Assembly: GCA_046327915.1 (NCBI GenBank)
Contig: JAXLXO010000026.1
Location: 23,069-87,068, forward strand
DNA length: 64,000 bases
Source: Candidatus Binatia bacterium
Lineage (GTDB): Bacteria > Desulfobacterota > Binatia > UBA12015
Direction of reading: 5' to 3'
The notes under the pieces were generated by a model. It saw only the letters and a program-made list of their open reading frames with translations, searched no databases and was not told where the DNA came from. The position numbers were made by a program, and so were the translations under genes. Shown here in pieces: positions 1-9,026 of this stretch (its first letter is position 1; every line of letters starts with the position of its first letter).

Positions 1-2
1 AC

Positions 3-110
3 GGCTGCAGCGAGGGCGATCTCGGCTGCGTCAAGAACAATCCCCTGCCCCTCGACCCGCTGTCCGGGGGCACCGAAGTGATCTTCGAGGAAGCGAGGGC
101 CCTGTCGTGA
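3..110 (+). CDS. C-terminal end of an unidentified CDS cut by the window edge
   Basis: Frame open from the window edge to TGA 108-110 (...DLGCVKNNPLPLDPLSGGTEVIFEEARALS*). Third positions are G/C-rich. The stop overlaps the GTG start of the next gene (GTGA). Confidence 0.35.
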   Translation, partial: GCSEGDLGCVKNNPLPLDPLSGGTEVIFEEARALS

Positions 111-649
111 TTCGTGCAAGCCTGATCGTCGCCGCGCTCGCGAGCGCGCTCGTCGCCGCGTTCGGACCGCCGGTGCTCGCGCAGCCCAGGGGCGAGCCGC
201 CGATGGGCTTCGGACGGCCGCAGTTCCTCGACGAGCTGTTCCGTCCCGAGCAGCTGATGCGCAGCCAGGGCGAGCTCGAGCTCACCGGCGAGCAGCGCAC
301 GGCGATCACCGACGCCATCCGGGCGACGCAGGACCGGCTCAACACGCTGCAGTGGGACCTCGCCGCGAAGAACGACGCCGTCGCGAAGCTCGTCGCACCC
401 GACCGCATCGACGTCGACGCAGCACTCGCCGCCGCCTCGCAGGGCATCGACCTCGAGGGGCAGATCAAGAAGGAGCATCTGAAGCTCCTGCTGCAGATCA
501 AGAACGTGCTGACGCCGGCGCAGATCGCGAAGCTGCGCGCCCAGAAGAAGGACCGCTGCCGCGACGACCGCCCCGGCCCTCCGGGCGGCCCCGGACACGG
601 CCCGGGCGGTCCGCCGCCGCCGGACGACGGGCCGCTCGGCATGCCCTGA
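107..649 (+). CDS. Exported LTXXQ-motif (Spy/CpxP-like) periplasmic protein with Pro/Gly-rich tail
   Basis: GTG start. Signal peptide (IVAALASALVAAFGPPVLAQP). Two LTxxQ motifs (LTGEQRTAI, LTPAQIAKL). Confidence 0.7.
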   Translation: MIRASLIVAALASALVAAFGPPVLAQPRGEPPMGFGRPQFLDELFRPEQLMRSQGELELTGEQRTAITDAIRATQDRLNTLQWDLAAKNDAVAKLVAPDRIDVDAALAAASQGIDLEGQIKKEHLKLLLQIKNVLTPAQIAKLRAQKKDRCRDDRPGPPGGPGHGPGGPPPPDDGPLGMP

Positions 650-740
650 CGCATCGCGCGACACCACCCGCGCCGGGGCGGCGGAAGCGCTCGACAGGCC
701 ACGCCGACCCCGGTACGACCACCGGATCGGAGGACGGGTC

Positions 741-2438
741 ATGCACGATCTCGTGGTTCGGAACGGTACGGTCATCGACGGCACCGGCAGTGAGCGCAAG
801 CACGCCGACGTCGCGATCGACGACGGGCGCATCAGCGCCGTCGGGAACGTCGGCGGACGCGGCCGGACGGAGATCGACGCGCGCGATCACCTCGTCACGC
901 CCGGCTGGGTCGACGTGCACACGCACTACGACGGCCAGGTGACGTGGGATCCGATCCTCGCGCCGTCGAGCTGGCACGGCGTCACGACGCTCGTCATGGG
1001 CAACTGCGGCGTCGGCTTCGCGCCGCGGCGTCCGGGCGAGGAGGACTTCCTCATCGAGCTCATGGAGGGCGTCGAGGACATCCCCGGCACGGCGCTGCAC
1101 GAGGGCATCGACTGGCAGTGGGAGACCTTCCCCGAGTACATGGACGCGCTCGACCGCATGCCGCGCGTGCTCGACGTCGCGGCACAGGTCCCGCACTGCG
1201 CGCTGCGCGCCTACGTGCTCGGCAAGCGCGCGCACGACGTCGACGTCACCGACGACGAGATCTCCGAGATGTCGCGCTTGACGCGCGAGGCGCTGCAGGC
1301 GGGAGCGATCGGCTTCTCGACCTCGCGCACGATCCTGCACCGCTCGAAGCACGGCCTCGTGCCGGGCACGTCGTCGACGGCGGAAGAGCTGCTCGGCATC
1401 GGCCGCGCGCTCGGCGACGCGGGACACGGCGTGTTCGAGATGGTCGCCGATCTGCAGGGCCAGGAGCCGGATCTCAGCTGGATGCGCGAGTTCTGCACCA
1501 CGACGAATCGCGCGATCACGTTCGCGCTCGCGCAGCTGCCGTACGCGCCGCACCAGTGGCGCGACACGCTGGCAAAGGTGGACGAGCTGTCGGCGCGCGG
1601 CATGAAGATCGTGCCGCAGGTGCCGTGCCGTCCGACCGGCATGCTGTTCGGGCTGCAGAGCTCGTTCCACCCGTTCTTCTTCCACCCGACCTACGCGCGC
1701 GAGCTGGCAGCACTGCCGCTCGACCAGCGCACAGCAAGCATGCGCACGCCGGAGATGCGCGCCCGGCTGCTGTCCGAGGAGCTGACGCACGAGAGCCCGA
1801 TCGTGCGCGCCCTGGCATCCAACTGGGCGCAGATGTTCCCGCTCGGCGAGCCGCCCGACTACGAGCCGGCGCCCGAAACCAGCGTCGCCGCAACCGCGGC
1901 GCGCACCGGCAAGCGTCCCGAGGAGATCGCGTACGACCTGCTGCTCGAGGGCGATGGCAAGCGCTTCCTGTTCGCGCCGCTCGCGAACTACGTCGACTGC
2001 GACTTCGAGGCGCTGCGCGAGATGATGCTGCACCCGCGGACCGTTCTCGGACTCTCCGACGGCGGCGCACACTGCGGGCTGATCTGCGACGCGAGCATGC
2101 CGACGTTCCTGCTGACGCACTGGGCGCGCGACCGGAAGCGCGGTGCGACGATCCCGCTCGAGCAGGTGGTGCGCCTGCAGACCGGCAACACCGCGAGCGT
2201 CTACGGCTTGACGGACCGCGGCACCCTCGAGGTCGGCAGGAAGGCCGACCTGAACGTCATCGACTTCGACCGCCTGCACCTCTACGGGCCGGAGATGGTG
2301 TTCGACCTGCCGGCGAAGGGGCGGCGCCTGATCCAGCGCGTCGACGGCTACCGCGCGACGGTGGTGTCGGGCGCGGTCACCTTCGAGAACGGCGAGTCGA
2401 CGGGCGCCATGCCGGGCAAGCTCGTGCGCGCATCGTAG
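741..2438 (+). CDS. N-acyl-D-amino-acid deacylase (D-aminoacylase) family amidohydrolase
   Basis: 565-aa ORF. N-terminus [14 protein letters not shown]...[12 protein letters not shown] and metal-binding [13 protein letters not shown]-terminal [14 protein letters not shown]. Confidence 0.8.
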   Translation: MHDLVVRNGTVIDGTGSERKHADVAIDDGRISAVGNVGGRGRTEIDARDHLVTPGWVDVHTHYDGQVTWDPILAPSSWHGVTTLVMGNCGVGFAPRRPGEEDFLIELMEGVEDIPGTALHEGIDWQWETFPEYMDALDRMPRVLDVAAQVPHCALRAYVLGKRAHDVDVTDDEISEMSRLTREALQAGAIGFSTSRTILHRSKHGLVPGTSSTAEELLGIGRALGDAGHGVFEMVADLQGQEPDLSWMREFCTTTNRAITFALAQLPYAPHQWRDTLAKVDELSARGMKIVPQVPCRPTGMLFGLQSSFHPFFFHPTYARELAALPLDQRTASMRTPEMRARLLSEELTHESPIVRALASNWAQMFPLGEPPDYEPAPETSVAATAARTGKRPEEIAYDLLLEGDGKRFLFAPLANYVDCDFEALREMMLHPRTVLGLSDGGAHCGLICDASMPTFLLTHWARDRKRGATIPLEQVVRLQTGNTASVYGLTDRGTLEVGRKADLNVIDFDRLHLYGPEMVFDLPAKGRRLIQRVDGYRATVVSGAVTFENGESTGAMPGKLVRAS

Positions 2439-2512
2439 TGGAAGAGTTTGCGCGCGACGACTCCTTCAGGAATTGCTTGCGCGCAAACCCGGCCGGCGCG
2501 TAGACGACGGCG

Positions 2513-3991
2513 ATGACATCCTCGCGATCGTCATGGCGTCGCCTCGCCGCGCCGGCCGTCGTGCTGCTCACGCTGCTCGTCGTCTACGGTCCGGCGCTGC
2601 GCGGCGCGTTCGTCTGGGACGACATCGACTTCATCGTCGAGACCAGCTGGTATCGCGCCGACGACGGGCTGCGCCAGATCTGGCTCGAGCCCAGCACGAC
2701 CAGCCAGTACTACCCGCTGACGTACTCGAGCCACTGGATCGAGCAGCGGCTCTTCGGCAGCGACACGCTCGGCTACCACGTCGTGAACGTCGTCCTGCAC
2801 GCCGCCAACGCCCTGCTCCTGTGGCTCGTGCTGCGCGCCCTCGGGGTTCCCGGCGCATCGCTCGCGGCCGCGATCTTCGCGCTGCACCCGGTGCACGCCG
2901 AATCGGTCGCATGGATCAGCGAGCGCAAGAACGTCCTGTCCGGGTTCTTCTTCCTGTCCGCCGTTCTCGCCTGGCTCCGCGCGAGCCCGCCGACCCAGGA
3001 CCGGATGGTGCATCGCGGCTGGTACGGGGCGTGCCTCGCGTTCTTCGTCATGGCGCTGCTCGCGAAGACGGTGGCCTGCTCGCTGCCCGCGGTCATCCTG
3101 CTGCTGGTCTGGTGGAAGCGCGGCCACGTGGACCGCGGGATCGTCGCGTGGCTGGCGCCGCTGTTCGTGATCGGGGTCGCGTTCGCGGCGCTGACCGTCT
3201 GGCTCGAGGTCCACACGGTGGGCGCCAAGGGCGACGAGTTCACTCTGCAGCCGCTCGACCGCATCGCCATCGCCGGACGCGCAGTCTGGTTCTACGCGGG
3301 AAAGCTCGCGTGGCCCGAGCGCCTCGTCTTCATCTACCCGCGCTGGCCCTCCGCCAGGTCGGCCCCGTGGCAGCTGCTCTTCGCCGGGGCGCTGCTCGTC
3401 GTGGTCGCGGTACTGTGGCGGGCACGCGACGCGATCGGGAGGGGCCCGCTCACCGCCGTGCTGCTGTTCGCCGGGATTCTCGTCCCCGCGCTCGGCTTCT
3501 TCGACGTCTACCCGATGCGCTACTCGTTCGTCGCGGACCACTTCCAGTACCTGGCGAGCACGGTCGCGATCGCGCTCGGGGCCGCGATCGCGACCGTCGG
3601 CGCGCGCCGACTCGGCACCTCTTGGCGACGGCCGGCGACGGCGCTCGCCGTCGCCGTGTGCGTCCTGCTCGCCGTCCTCACGTGGCGGCGAAGCCACGTG
3701 TTCGCGAACCCGGAGAACCTGTGGCGCGACACCGTCGCGGGCAACCCGACCGCGTGGATGGCCATGAACAACCTCGCGTACGAGCTGCGCCGCCAGGGGC
3801 GCTCGGGCGAATCGGTCCCGCTCGTCCGACGCGCGATCCAGCTCAACCCCGACTGCCTGGAGTGCTACGGCAATCTCGCCGACGCGCACCGCGACCTGGG
3901 CGACGAGGTCAGCCGGAAGGCGGTGTTCGGCCAGGTCACGGCGCACCTCCTGCGGCAGCTCGCCCGGAAGAACGCCGCGGCCGCGCGGTGA
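2513..3991 (+). CDS. Polytopic membrane protein with C-terminal TPR repeats (PMT/TMTC-like architecture)
   Basis: Many hydrophobic segments. N-terminal FVWDDIDFI region. C-terminal TPR-like AMNNLAYELRRQGR...AIQLNPDCLECYGNLADAH. Confidence 0.65.
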   Translation: MTSSRSSWRRLAAPAVVLLTLLVVYGPALRGAFVWDDIDFIVETSWYRADDGLRQIWLEPSTTSQYYPLTYSSHWIEQRLFGSDTLGYHVVNVVLHAANALLLWLVLRALGVPGASLAAAIFALHPVHAESVAWISERKNVLSGFFFLSAVLAWLRASPPTQDRMVHRGWYGACLAFFVMALLAKTVACSLPAVILLLVWWKRGHVDRGIVAWLAPLFVIGVAFAALTVWLEVHTVGAKGDEFTLQPLDRIAIAGRAVWFYAGKLAWPERLVFIYPRWPSARSAPWQLLFAGALLVVVAVLWRARDAIGRGPLTAVLLFAGILVPALGFFDVYPMRYSFVADHFQYLASTVAIALGAAIATVGARRLGTSWRRPATALAVAVCVLLAVLTWRRSHVFANPENLWRDTVAGNPTAWMAMNNLAYELRRQGRSGESVPLVRRAIQLNPDCLECYGNLADAHRDLGDEVSRKAVFGQVTAHLLRQLARKNAAAAR

Positions 3992-3998
3992 CGGGACC

Positions 3999-4604
3999 TC
4001 AGGCGCTGCCGCCGGCGGCGCGCATGTCGGGCGGCGGCGCGTCCTCCTCGGCCAGCTTCACCGTGCCCTGCTGCTCGGGATAGAGCCCGCGGATGCCGTC
4101 GTAGACCGCGCGCAGGCGGTCCATGTCGGCGCGCAGGTCGCCGCTCGGCGTGATCGGCGGACCGAAGCCGGCGATCTTGCGCGACCAGTCGAGGAAGCTC
4201 GGCACGATCGGCACGCGCGCGGTGTGCGCGATCCAGTAGAAGCCCGACTTCCACGCCTTGCCGTGCGCGCGCGTTCCTTCCGGCGCGATCACGAGGATCA
4301 GGCTCTTCTCGCGCGCGAAGTGCGCCGCCATCTGCGCGACCGCGTCCTGGCGCGAGCGCCGGTCGACCGGCATGCCGCCGAGAAAGCGCATCATGATGCC
4401 GAGCGGGAAGCGGAACAGCGTGTGCTTTCCGACCCAGCGCACGCGCAGCTCGAAGGCCATCGCGAACGCGAGCATGAAGAACAGGTCGAGGTTGCTCGTG
4501 TGCGGGGCCGCGACGAGCACGCAGCGCTCGCAGCCGGGTGGAAAGCTGCCCTGCGTGCGCCAGCCGAGCACGCGCAGGACCCAGAAGCCGAGACGTCTTC
4601 GCAT
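3999..4604 (-). CDS. 1-acyl-sn-glycerol-3-phosphate acyltransferase family (PlsC-like)
   Basis: HxxxxD (HTSNLD) and PEGTR (APEGTR) acyltransferase motifs. ATG 4604 (MRRRLGFWVL...) chosen over the longer ORF running to 4697. Confidence 0.75.
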   Translation of the reverse strand: MRRRLGFWVLRVLGWRTQGSFPPGCERCVLVAAPHTSNLDLFFMLAFAMAFELRVRWVGKHTLFRFPLGIMMRFLGGMPVDRRSRQDAVAQMAAHFAREKSLILVIAPEGTRAHGKAWKSGFYWIAHTARVPIVPSFLDWSRKIAGFGPPITPSGDLRADMDRLRAVYDGIRGLYPEQQGTVKLAEEDAPPPDMRAAGGSA

Positions 4605-4755
4605 GGTGGGGATTCTCGTCGGATTTCGACGTCGGGCGGCCCCGGGGACGCCCGCGCCGGCCGGATGCTTGAACGTGAAAAGCCGACCGATGTCCAATCG
4701 GCCGATTACCCCGGACGCATGAGCGCAGGCGCGACGGGTGTCGCTCTGGCCTGCG

Positions 4756-5484
4756 TCAGCCGGCGTCGCCGGTGTCCGCGACGTCCGCCGGTTGGCCCCC
4801 CGCCGCGAGCAGCCGCAGCACGATCGACTCGCGCAGCAGGCCCATCATCTCGTTCACCCGGTCGATGCCCTCGCGCGCGAGCCGCCGCGCGGTGTCGGCG
4901 TCGACCTTCGCCGGGATGCGCGCGCCGAAGCGGCGCAGCTCCTCGCGCGCGAGCCCGGTGAGCGTCTCGACGTAGAGCGCCGTCTCGCTCGGGGAGAAGC
5001 CCATCTCCTCGGTGAAGCCGGCCTCGCGGAGGCGCGCCCAGCTCTCGACGATCGCCACCGACGTGCCCTCCAGCGACGGCTTTCCGTCGCGCACCACGAC
5101 CTCGACCGCCCCCGCGTCGGCGAGCTCGCGGATCTCCTTCACCGGCAGCCCGACGCGCTTCGCGAGGCGCGTCAGGGTCTCGGCCGGGTGCGGCCCGGCC
5201 TCCGCGCGCGCGGCGGCCGGCGCGATCTGCCCGTCGAGCGCGTGCAGCGCGCGCGCTTCCATCTCGGTCAGCTCGCGGGCGTCGCCGACGATGCCCTTGA
5301 TGACCGAGAGCGGCAGGAAGCGCTCGCTCTGCAGGCGCTTGATGAGCAGGATGCGCTCGACGAACGACGCGTCGTACCAGGCCACGTTCCGGTCGGGGCG
5401 CTCCGGCTCCGGCAGCAGCCCCTCGCGGATGTAGTAGCGGATCGTCTCGCGCGAGACTCCGGTCGCGCGCTCGAGATCCTTCAT
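4756..5484 (-). CDS. MerR-family transcriptional regulator
   Basis: Internal ATG 5484 gives MKDLERATGVSRETIRYYIREGLLP, a MerR-type N-terminal HTH. The upstream part of the 352-aa ORF is Arg/Gly-rich and overlaps the neighbouring gene. Confidence 0.85.
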   Translation of the reverse strand: MKDLERATGVSRETIRYYIREGLLPEPERPDRNVAWYDASFVERILLIKRLQSERFLPLSVIKGIVGDARELTEMEARALHALDGQIAPAAARAEAGPHPAETLTRLAKRVGLPVKEIRELADAGAVEVVVRDGKPSLEGTSVAIVESWARLREAGFTEEMGFSPSETALYVETLTGLAREELRRFGARIPAKVDADTARRLAREGIDRVNEMMGLLRESIVLRLLAAGGQPADVADTGDAG

Positions 5485-5528
5485 CTTGACGTGCCGCGGA
5501 CGCGGCGCGTGCGGTGCCGGGTCGCGCG

Positions 5529-6638
5529 TCACTGCAGCGCGGCCTCCGCCAGATCCGCCGCCGTGGCACCCGCGCCGAGTGCTGCGACGCGCTCGACCTC
5601 GCGCCTGCGGTCGAAGTCGATCGCGACCGCCTCGTCGTGCGCCGCGAGCGCCTCGACGTCGGTGTCGGCGAAGCCGATGATGCCCATGTCGGCGTACGCC
5701 TTCTGGATGCGCGGGCCCCAGAGCCCGATCTCCTTCATCGCCGGCACGATGCGCGAGAACAGGCCCGAGCGATAGACCTTCATCATCTCCGAGCGCTCGA
5801 CGAACTGCTTGCACTCCTCCACCGGCAGCCCGAGCGTCTCCCAGACGTCCTCACCGAGGAAGCGGTCGCGCAGCAGGTAGCAGCCCTCGACCGCGAACTC
5901 CTCGCGCTCGTCGCGCTCCTTCTGGGTGAGCTGCGGGTAGTAGTCGCGCAGCGCGAGCCGTCCGAAGGCGACGTGCCGCGCCTCGTCCTGCATGACGTAC
6001 GCGTTCACCGACGCGGCGAGCGGGTTCTGCGCGTAGTCGCGGATCACGCCGAAGGCGGCGAGCGCGACGCCTTCGATGAGCACCTGCATGCCCAGATACG
6101 TGAAGTCCCAGCGCGACTCGGACAGCGTGTCGCCGATCAGCGACTGCAGGTGCTTGTTGATCGGGTAGATCAGGTCGTACTTCTCGTGCAGCAGCCGCGA
6201 GTACGCCTCGACGTGGCGCGCCTCGTCCATCACCTGCGTCGCGGCGTAGAACTTGGCGTCCATGCTCGGCACCTGCTGGACGATCTTCGCGGTGCAGATC
6301 AGCGCGCCCTGCTCGCCGTGCAGGAACTGCGACAGCTGCCACGACTGGAAGTGGCGACGCAGATTCGCCCGCTCGCCGTCGGTCATCCGGCTCCACATGT
6401 CGGAGCCGTGGATCGGGATCATCTCGTCGGGCAGCTGCGCCGGGTTGTCGTGGTCGAGCTCGGCCGACCAGTCGATGCGCTCCGCCGCGTCCCACTGCAG
6501 GGATTTGCCCTTCGCGTAGAGGTTGAGGAGCTTGTCGCGGCCGTCGTCGTACTCCCAGCGGAAGGTGGTCGCGTAGTCCTGCTTCACGTCCCACTCGATC
6601 GGGCCCCGGTCCGCTGCGTAGCGCTCTTCGGTCGACAT
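5529..6638 (-). CDS. Ferritin-like di-iron carboxylate protein (AurF/N-oxygenase-like family, tentative)
   Basis: Two ExxH motifs (MDEARHVE, QDEARHVA) with spaced acidic residues in a 369-aa protein. SD GGAGGAG lies upstream of the ATG. Confidence 0.7.
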   Translation of the reverse strand: MSTEERYAADRGPIEWDVKQDYATTFRWEYDDGRDKLLNLYAKGKSLQWDAAERIDWSAELDHDNPAQLPDEMIPIHGSDMWSRMTDGERANLRRHFQSWQLSQFLHGEQGALICTAKIVQQVPSMDAKFYAATQVMDEARHVEAYSRLLHEKYDLIYPINKHLQSLIGDTLSESRWDFTYLGMQVLIEGVALAAFGVIRDYAQNPLAASVNAYVMQDEARHVAFGRLALRDYYPQLTQKERDEREEFAVEGCYLLRDRFLGEDVWETLGLPVEECKQFVERSEMMKVYRSGLFSRIVPAMKEIGLWGPRIQKAYADMGIIGFADTDVEALAAHDEAVAIDFDRRREVERVAALGAGATAADLAEAALQ

Positions 6639-6679
6639 GCTCGGCTCTCCTCCCCGGCCTTCGCGGCCGGCTGCATTTT

Positions 6680-6703
6680 GCGTAGTACGTACTGCTATTA
6701 CGC
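6680..6703. promoter_or_regulatory. Palindromic candidate operator in the AT-richer di-iron/MerR promoter region
   Basis: Perfect 10-bp palindrome AGTACGTACT (6684-6693) nested in GCGTA...TACGC (6680-6703). A TTGACT -35-like hexamer lies upstream on the minus strand. Confidence 0.3.
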
Positions 6704-6739
6704 ATTCTGCCGTGGAGTCAAGCCTCGCATTTCCCTGGC

Positions 6740-7963
6740 CTACGCGAGCGATTCCCGGGCTGCGCTCTCGAAGCCACGGCTCGCGGCCCAGGTCAGCCGC
6801 CAGCCGCCGGCGACCGCCAGCATCAGGCTCATGCCCCAGAAGCAGAGCACCGCCAGCACCACGAAGCCCCCGGCGTAGGTCCCGGTGACCTCACGCACGA
6901 GGCCGAGCAGCGACGGCAGGAAGAAGCCGCCGAGCCCGCCCGCCGCGCCGACGAGCCCGGTCACGACGCCGATCTCGCGCTGGAAGCGCAGCGGCACCAG
7001 CTGGAAGACCGAGCCGTTGCCGGCGCCGAGGAGCGCCAGCGCCACCGCGAACAGGGGCGTCGCGAGCCACACCGCCGGCAGCGTCGCGATCGCGAGCAGC
7101 AGCGCCCCGACCAGACCGTAGAGCAGCGACAGCATGCGGATGCCGCCGTGGCGATCGGCGAGCAGGCCGCCGACCGGACGCATGAAGCTGCCGGCGAACA
7201 CGCACAGCGCCGTCAAGTCGCCGGCGACGACCTTGTCGACGCCGTACTGGTCGTGGAAGAAGACGCCGAGGAAGCTCGCGAGGCCGACGAAGCCGCCGAA
7301 GGTGATGCCGTAGAACAGGCAGAACCACAGCGTGTCGATCTCGCGCAGCACCTGCACGTAGTCGCGCAGCGCCTTCGGCGCCGGCTGGCTCGGGCTGTCC
7401 TTCGCGCACAGCAGGAACACGGCTCCGGCCGCCGCCATCGGCAGCATCGCGAGCCCCATCGCCGCGTGCCAGCCCCACGCCGCGGCGAGCCGCGGCATGA
7501 AGAGCGACGCCAGCACCGTTCCCGAGTTGCCCGCACCCGCGATGCCCATGACGAGCCCCTGATGGCGCGGCGGGTACCAGCGCGACGCGAGCGGAAGCGC
7601 CACCGCGAAGCTCGCGCCCGGCACGCCCAGCAGCAGTGCGACCAGCAGCAGGCGCGGCAGCGTGTCGGCGAACTGCCAGCCCAGCAGCAGCGGCACGAAC
7701 GTGAGCGCGATGCCGACGAGGCCCGTCCGGCGCGGCCCGAGATGGTCCGCGAGCGCGCCCAGCACGATGCGGAAGATCGAGCCGCCGAGCAGCGGCGTCG
7801 CGATCAGGAACCCCTTCTGCGTGGCGCTCAGCTGCAGGTCGTCGGCGATGAAGTTGCCGAGCGGCCCGAGCAAGTACCAAATACAGAAGCTGACGTCGAA
7901 GTAGACGAACGCGGCCAGCAGCGTCGGCCAGTGGCCGCTCCTGCGGAATTCGCTGAAGCTCAT
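6740..7963 (-). CDS. narK: MFS nitrate/nitrite transporter (NNP family)
   Basis: 407 aa from ATG 7963 (MSFSEFRRSGHWPTLL...). About 12 hydrophobic segments. Gly/Asn signatures (GIAGAGNSGT, LGAGNGSVFQ). ATGA overlap with the upstream stop. Confidence 0.85.
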   Translation of the reverse strand: MSFSEFRRSGHWPTLLAAFVYFDVSFCIWYLLGPLGNFIADDLQLSATQKGFLIATPLLGGSIFRIVLGALADHLGPRRTGLVGIALTFVPLLLGWQFADTLPRLLLVALLLGVPGASFAVALPLASRWYPPRHQGLVMGIAGAGNSGTVLASLFMPRLAAAWGWHAAMGLAMLPMAAAGAVFLLCAKDSPSQPAPKALRDYVQVLREIDTLWFCLFYGITFGGFVGLASFLGVFFHDQYGVDKVVAGDLTALCVFAGSFMRPVGGLLADRHGGIRMLSLLYGLVGALLLAIATLPAVWLATPLFAVALALLGAGNGSVFQLVPLRFQREIGVVTGLVGAAGGLGGFFLPSLLGLVREVTGTYAGGFVVLAVLCFWGMSLMLAVAGGWRLTWAASRGFESAARESLA

Positions 7964-8433
7964 GCTCTCCTCACGATCGCCGGTGCGAGGCCGCGCCGCG
8001 GCGGTCCGAACAGGACCTCGCCGGTGCGCGCGTCGAATGCGGCATGGTGGCAGGGACACTCGAAACGGGTGCGCTCGGCCGACCACAGAACGGGGCAGCC
8101 GAGGTGCGGACACCTGCGGTCGAACGCGATGGTCGCATCGTCGCCGACGCGCAGCAGCAGAGCCTCGCGGCCGTCGGCGGCGCGCAGCGTGCGCGCCTCG
8201 CCGACCGCCGGCACGTCGCCGTCGTCGAGAACGACCTCGAGCGGCGGCTCGGCGCGCGAGAGTACCCGGCGCGCCGACCACTCACCCCCGACCGCCAGCA
8301 CGGCGGCCGAACCGGCGGCGCAGAGGAAGCGCCGCCGGTCGAGCCGCTGCTCGTCCGCCGCCGCGACGGGAAACGCATCGCCGGTCCGCGGCGGACGCGA
8401 GTCGTCGCCGCCGGTCTTCGTCCTCAGTCGCAC
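7960..8433 (-). CDS. Rieske [2Fe-2S] protein with twin-arginine N-terminus
   Basis: CPHLGC...CPCHHAAF cluster boxes. DRRRFLCAAGSAAVLAVGG Tat-like motif. GTG 8433 is preceded by GGAGGAGG at 4 nt. The start is not certain. Confidence 0.7.
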   Translation of the reverse strand: MRLRTKTGGDDSRPPRTGDAFPVAAADEQRLDRRRFLCAAGSAAVLAVGGEWSARRVLSRAEPPLEVVLDDGDVPAVGEARTLRAADGREALLLRVGDDATIAFDRRCPHLGCPVLWSAERTRFECPCHHAAFDARTGEVLFGPPRRGLAPAIVRRA

Positions 8434-9026
8434 AACGCCTCCTCCAGCTGCAGCTCGGCGCGCGAGCGTGCCGGCACGCTCCACGCGCCGACCTCGATGC
8501 GCGCCGTCGGCGCCGGCACCATGACCGCGTTGCGGGTGGCGACGACGTGCTCGCCGAATGCAAACACGTCGAGCGGACGCGCACGCCGGCGGTCCTGGAC
8601 GTCCTCGTGGGTGCCGTAGAAGAGCGCGCCCGAGGGACACACCGTCGCGCACATCGGCGCGAGCCCGACCGACGTGCGGTCGTGGCAGAGGTCGCACTTC
8701 ATCATCAGCTCGCGCTCGACGTCGATCTTCGGGACGCCGAACGGACACGCGAGCGCGCAGCTGCCGCAACCGATGCAGCGCTCGACCGCCGCCGACAGCA
8801 CGACGCCGTCGGGGTCGGTCTTGATCGCGTCCGCCGGGCAGACGCTCGCGCACGCCGGATCCTCGCAGTGCATGCAGACCGTCGGCGACGTCTGCACGGT
8901 GGTCGCACGCTCGAGGCTGTCGAGGTGGATCATCGAGAAGCCGCCGTGGCCGGGGCACTCGCTGCACGCCTCGACGCAGGCCCGGCAGCCGATGCACCGG
9001 TTGCCGTCAATGAAAAGCTGCTGCAC
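8424..9026 (-). CDS. Four-cluster [4Fe-4S] ferredoxin-type subunit (DmsB/NrfC/HybA-like)
   Basis: Four Cys groups: [43 protein letters not shown]...CATVCP. No signal peptide. Confidence 0.85.
   Translation of the reverse strand: MQQLFIDGNRCIGCRACVEACSECPGHGGFSMIHLDSLERATTVQTSPTVCMHCEDPACASVCPADAIKTDPDGVVLSAAVERCIGCGSCALACPFGVPKIDVERELMMKCDLCHDRTSVGLAPMCATVCPSGALFYGTHEDVQDRRRARPLDVFAFGEHVVATRNAVMVPAPTARIEVGAWSVPARSRAELQLEEALCD

Noticed and set aside
498-2279. 593-aa minus-strand ORF opposite the D-aminoacylase gene
   Set aside because: It is extremely Arg/Ala/Gly-rich, has no motifs, and lies fully antisense to a gene with clear family motifs. This is a typical shadow ORF of high-GC DNA.
6740-8281. 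Full 513-aa ORF as a NarK protein with a long N-terminal extension
   Set aside because: The first 106 residues are Arg-rich and overlap the Rieske gene in another frame. ATG 7963 gives a normal MFS N-terminus and an ATGA overlap with the Rieske stop.
7971-8378. 135-aa ORF in an alternative frame within the Rieske gene
   Set aside because: It is Ser/Arg/Ala-rich with no motifs. The overlapping frame carries both Rieske cluster-binding boxes.
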